Below, piece by piece: positions 61,918 through 64,000 of a stretch of DNA of 64,000 nucleotides. The notes beneath the pieces were generated by a model, which saw only the letters and a program-made list of their open reading frames with translations, was not told the DNA's origin and ran no database searches. The DNA comes from Marsupella aquatica (lineage: Eukaryota; Plantae; Marchantiophyta): contig OZ316894.1 of NCBI GenBank assembly GCA_973895155.1, positions 5,934,368 to 5,998,367 on the forward strand. Reading direction: 5' to 3'. Position numbers and translations under genes: made by a program. Each line of letters begins with the position of its first letter. The first letter of the stretch is position 1.

Positions 61918-64000
61918 TGAGTGGAGGCAGGGGCAAATCTAGCATGGGCAGGCTTGCAAGTGGGAGTCAGGGCAATTTTGGTGGATCCAAAGGTGGGGGA
62001 GAGAGCTTATAAAGCTAACATGCACAGTTTCTTTCAGCCCAATTTGCATAATTTGTGTATATAGAGCACAGGACAAGGGAGTCCAGATTGCTCCAGGTTC
62101 GCCATGATAACACCACAAATTCTCCACTTTGTCAGTGGAGGGTGCTCATAGCAAGATCCAATTAGTAGTAGCTTGCTTAGATAGGGAACCATTGAAGCTA
62201 AAATGAATATTTCTCTCACAGTATTGAATTTGTTTTTACTATTTGGTTCCATGTCAAACCACTCTTTGTGCCTTTTCTGTTTCTAACCAAGCTCACTCTC
62301 ATGACTGTAAAGATTTGAAAATTTGTGTCATTGCAATAGTAGAGAAGCTTGCCGAAGCGGCTTGCAAAAATACGAGTTTGAAGCACAAACTTGAACCAGC
62401 TGCCTTCCACCCGCAAAGCGGAATTGCTCATTCGAATCCTCCCCACACTGTGACCATGCTTGCAAGGATGGCCCGGTCCCCGTCCAAACGCATTCTGACT
62501 GTGACTATGGAGGCAGAGTGCAAAGTGGGATGAACCAAACTGCAGGGATTGGGATCCCCAGGTAGTCTTTCAAAAGTTGAGGACCTGGCAGAAGGTTTCT
62601 TACAACCTGGGGACCTCATAGAGTCTTTAATTTTTTTGGAAAAAATTTAGTGTTGTTCAAGTAGGATTCATTGGTTTGATGAACATTTACTTCACTTGTG
62701 TTCACCTTTCTTCAACGCAAACTTATATCAAAAATTAGTTAGTGGACCCCCTACTTATGTATGCTATAATCTTGTCATAAAGCTCATAATGTTCTCCTGC
62801 TTTTGTTACTTGTTAACTTTAAAATAATGCCTAAGTTGCAAGGTTAGTGTTTGCAGCAAAATGCAGTCTGGAATTTGCATATACACATTTATTTTGATGT
62901 TTCAGAAGCACTCTGAAATATCTTGTTAGACATGTATAAAATTTTAATAATTATCTATCTAGGTTTTGCGTAAATCCATGATGACACTGCACTAATAACT
63001 TTGTTGCCAGTGATTTTTCAATTGGCTAGATACTGCCAAAATCTTCCCTTCTCCAGCTCCTAGTAAAACAATACAAGAAAGATAAGCAAAAATTATTCAA
63101 ACCTTATACTTATAAGTAAATATTAAGTAGGTCCCCCATATGAGCTCGCATATGAGTGGACCTTTGAGGCATTAGCCAATTTGAACAACTCTCTCACAAA
63201 ATATATAAAACAGGTCACTACTGTTGGGATTTGGGGGATGCCCAATGTTGTGTTTTGAGGTTGGGAGGGTGGGATGATGCTTTGGCAATACCAACTAGGT
63301 GTCCAAAGGAGTAGAATAAACATCCCTTCCAAATCATATAATATTGTGACACACAAAGAGTGAATGAATAGTTTCTGCCTTTGTATTTCTATTACCTGTC
63401 CTCCTTGCTAATTATTTGATCTCATTTGTTGTTCTAAGAAATCCTGGTCACTGTCGTGCACAGTCCTCTTTGTTAGCCAATGGTTGATTGAATGCGTCAA
63501 TCAATTATATCTAAAGGCTGTCGTATATGTTTTCATGTATATGAATTAAATATGAGTTTTATTTATTGTAATTCCAAAAGTATTTACAAAAGGTTTAGTT
63601 TGGCCCCACTCATTATTCTGCGTGCTAATAAATTTAAAAACTTTTCAAGGTTTTACCATTCCTGGGTCTAACTGTTTTTGTTGGCATCGTGACAAACACA
63701 AAGGGTCATTTTATTTGTCACAGGCTCCAAACATTTTTGTTCGTGTTTTTCATGCAAATTGCTGACATGGTGCAACCACAGGCCATTGTATTTGCAATGG
63801 ATATGTCATGGGTTTCCTTAACATTGTTGTGGTCAGTCTTCCTGGATTTTTCCCTTTTCTTCCCTCTTTAGGTTCTCCTCCTTGGGGATCTTGCCTCCCA
63901 ATTTGGCATTTAATGTCCTTTGGCAGTGAATACAAACAATGTAGGCGCATTGTTAGAGGATACCTGATATAGCATGTTCATCCTGGAACATGCCTCATTT

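Noticed and set aside
61149-63950. Pro/Leu-rich and other short ORFs at the right end
   Set aside because: They derive from a polypyrimidine tract or lack motifs and consistent splice structure.

Overview
Eukaryotic, intron-rich land-plant DNA; a non-flowering lineage such as a liverwort or moss is my inference from gene style and TE content. Three host genes: a full-size PDR-type ABCG transporter (8749-21065, +), an intronless ferric-reductase-like/FNR membrane oxidoreductase (37771-39477, -) and an MTPC4/ZnT9-type cation diffusion facilitator (54727-59482, +). The rest is mostly mobile DNA: a degraded Mutator-like element with cargo ORFs (about 0.9-8.1 kb), a young near-intact Ty1/copia element (41796-48185), a LINE remnant, a probable non-autonomous Helitron, a MITE and a ~78-bp satellite. 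The stand-out is a 13.1-kb TIR DNA transposon (22874-35965; TIRs with one mismatch; CTAG or TA target duplication). It encodes an intact DUF7869/Sola-like DDD transposase. Divergently, it carries a spliced cargo gene with a ParB-like domain fused to a beta-class N4C/N6A DNA-methyltransferase fold whose catalytic motif looks degenerate, followed by an FCP1/SCP-like HAD phosphatase. A 27-bp palindromic motif occurs as arrays or single copies in four of the element's five predicted introns. All domain calls come from motif recognition by eye; no database searches were run.
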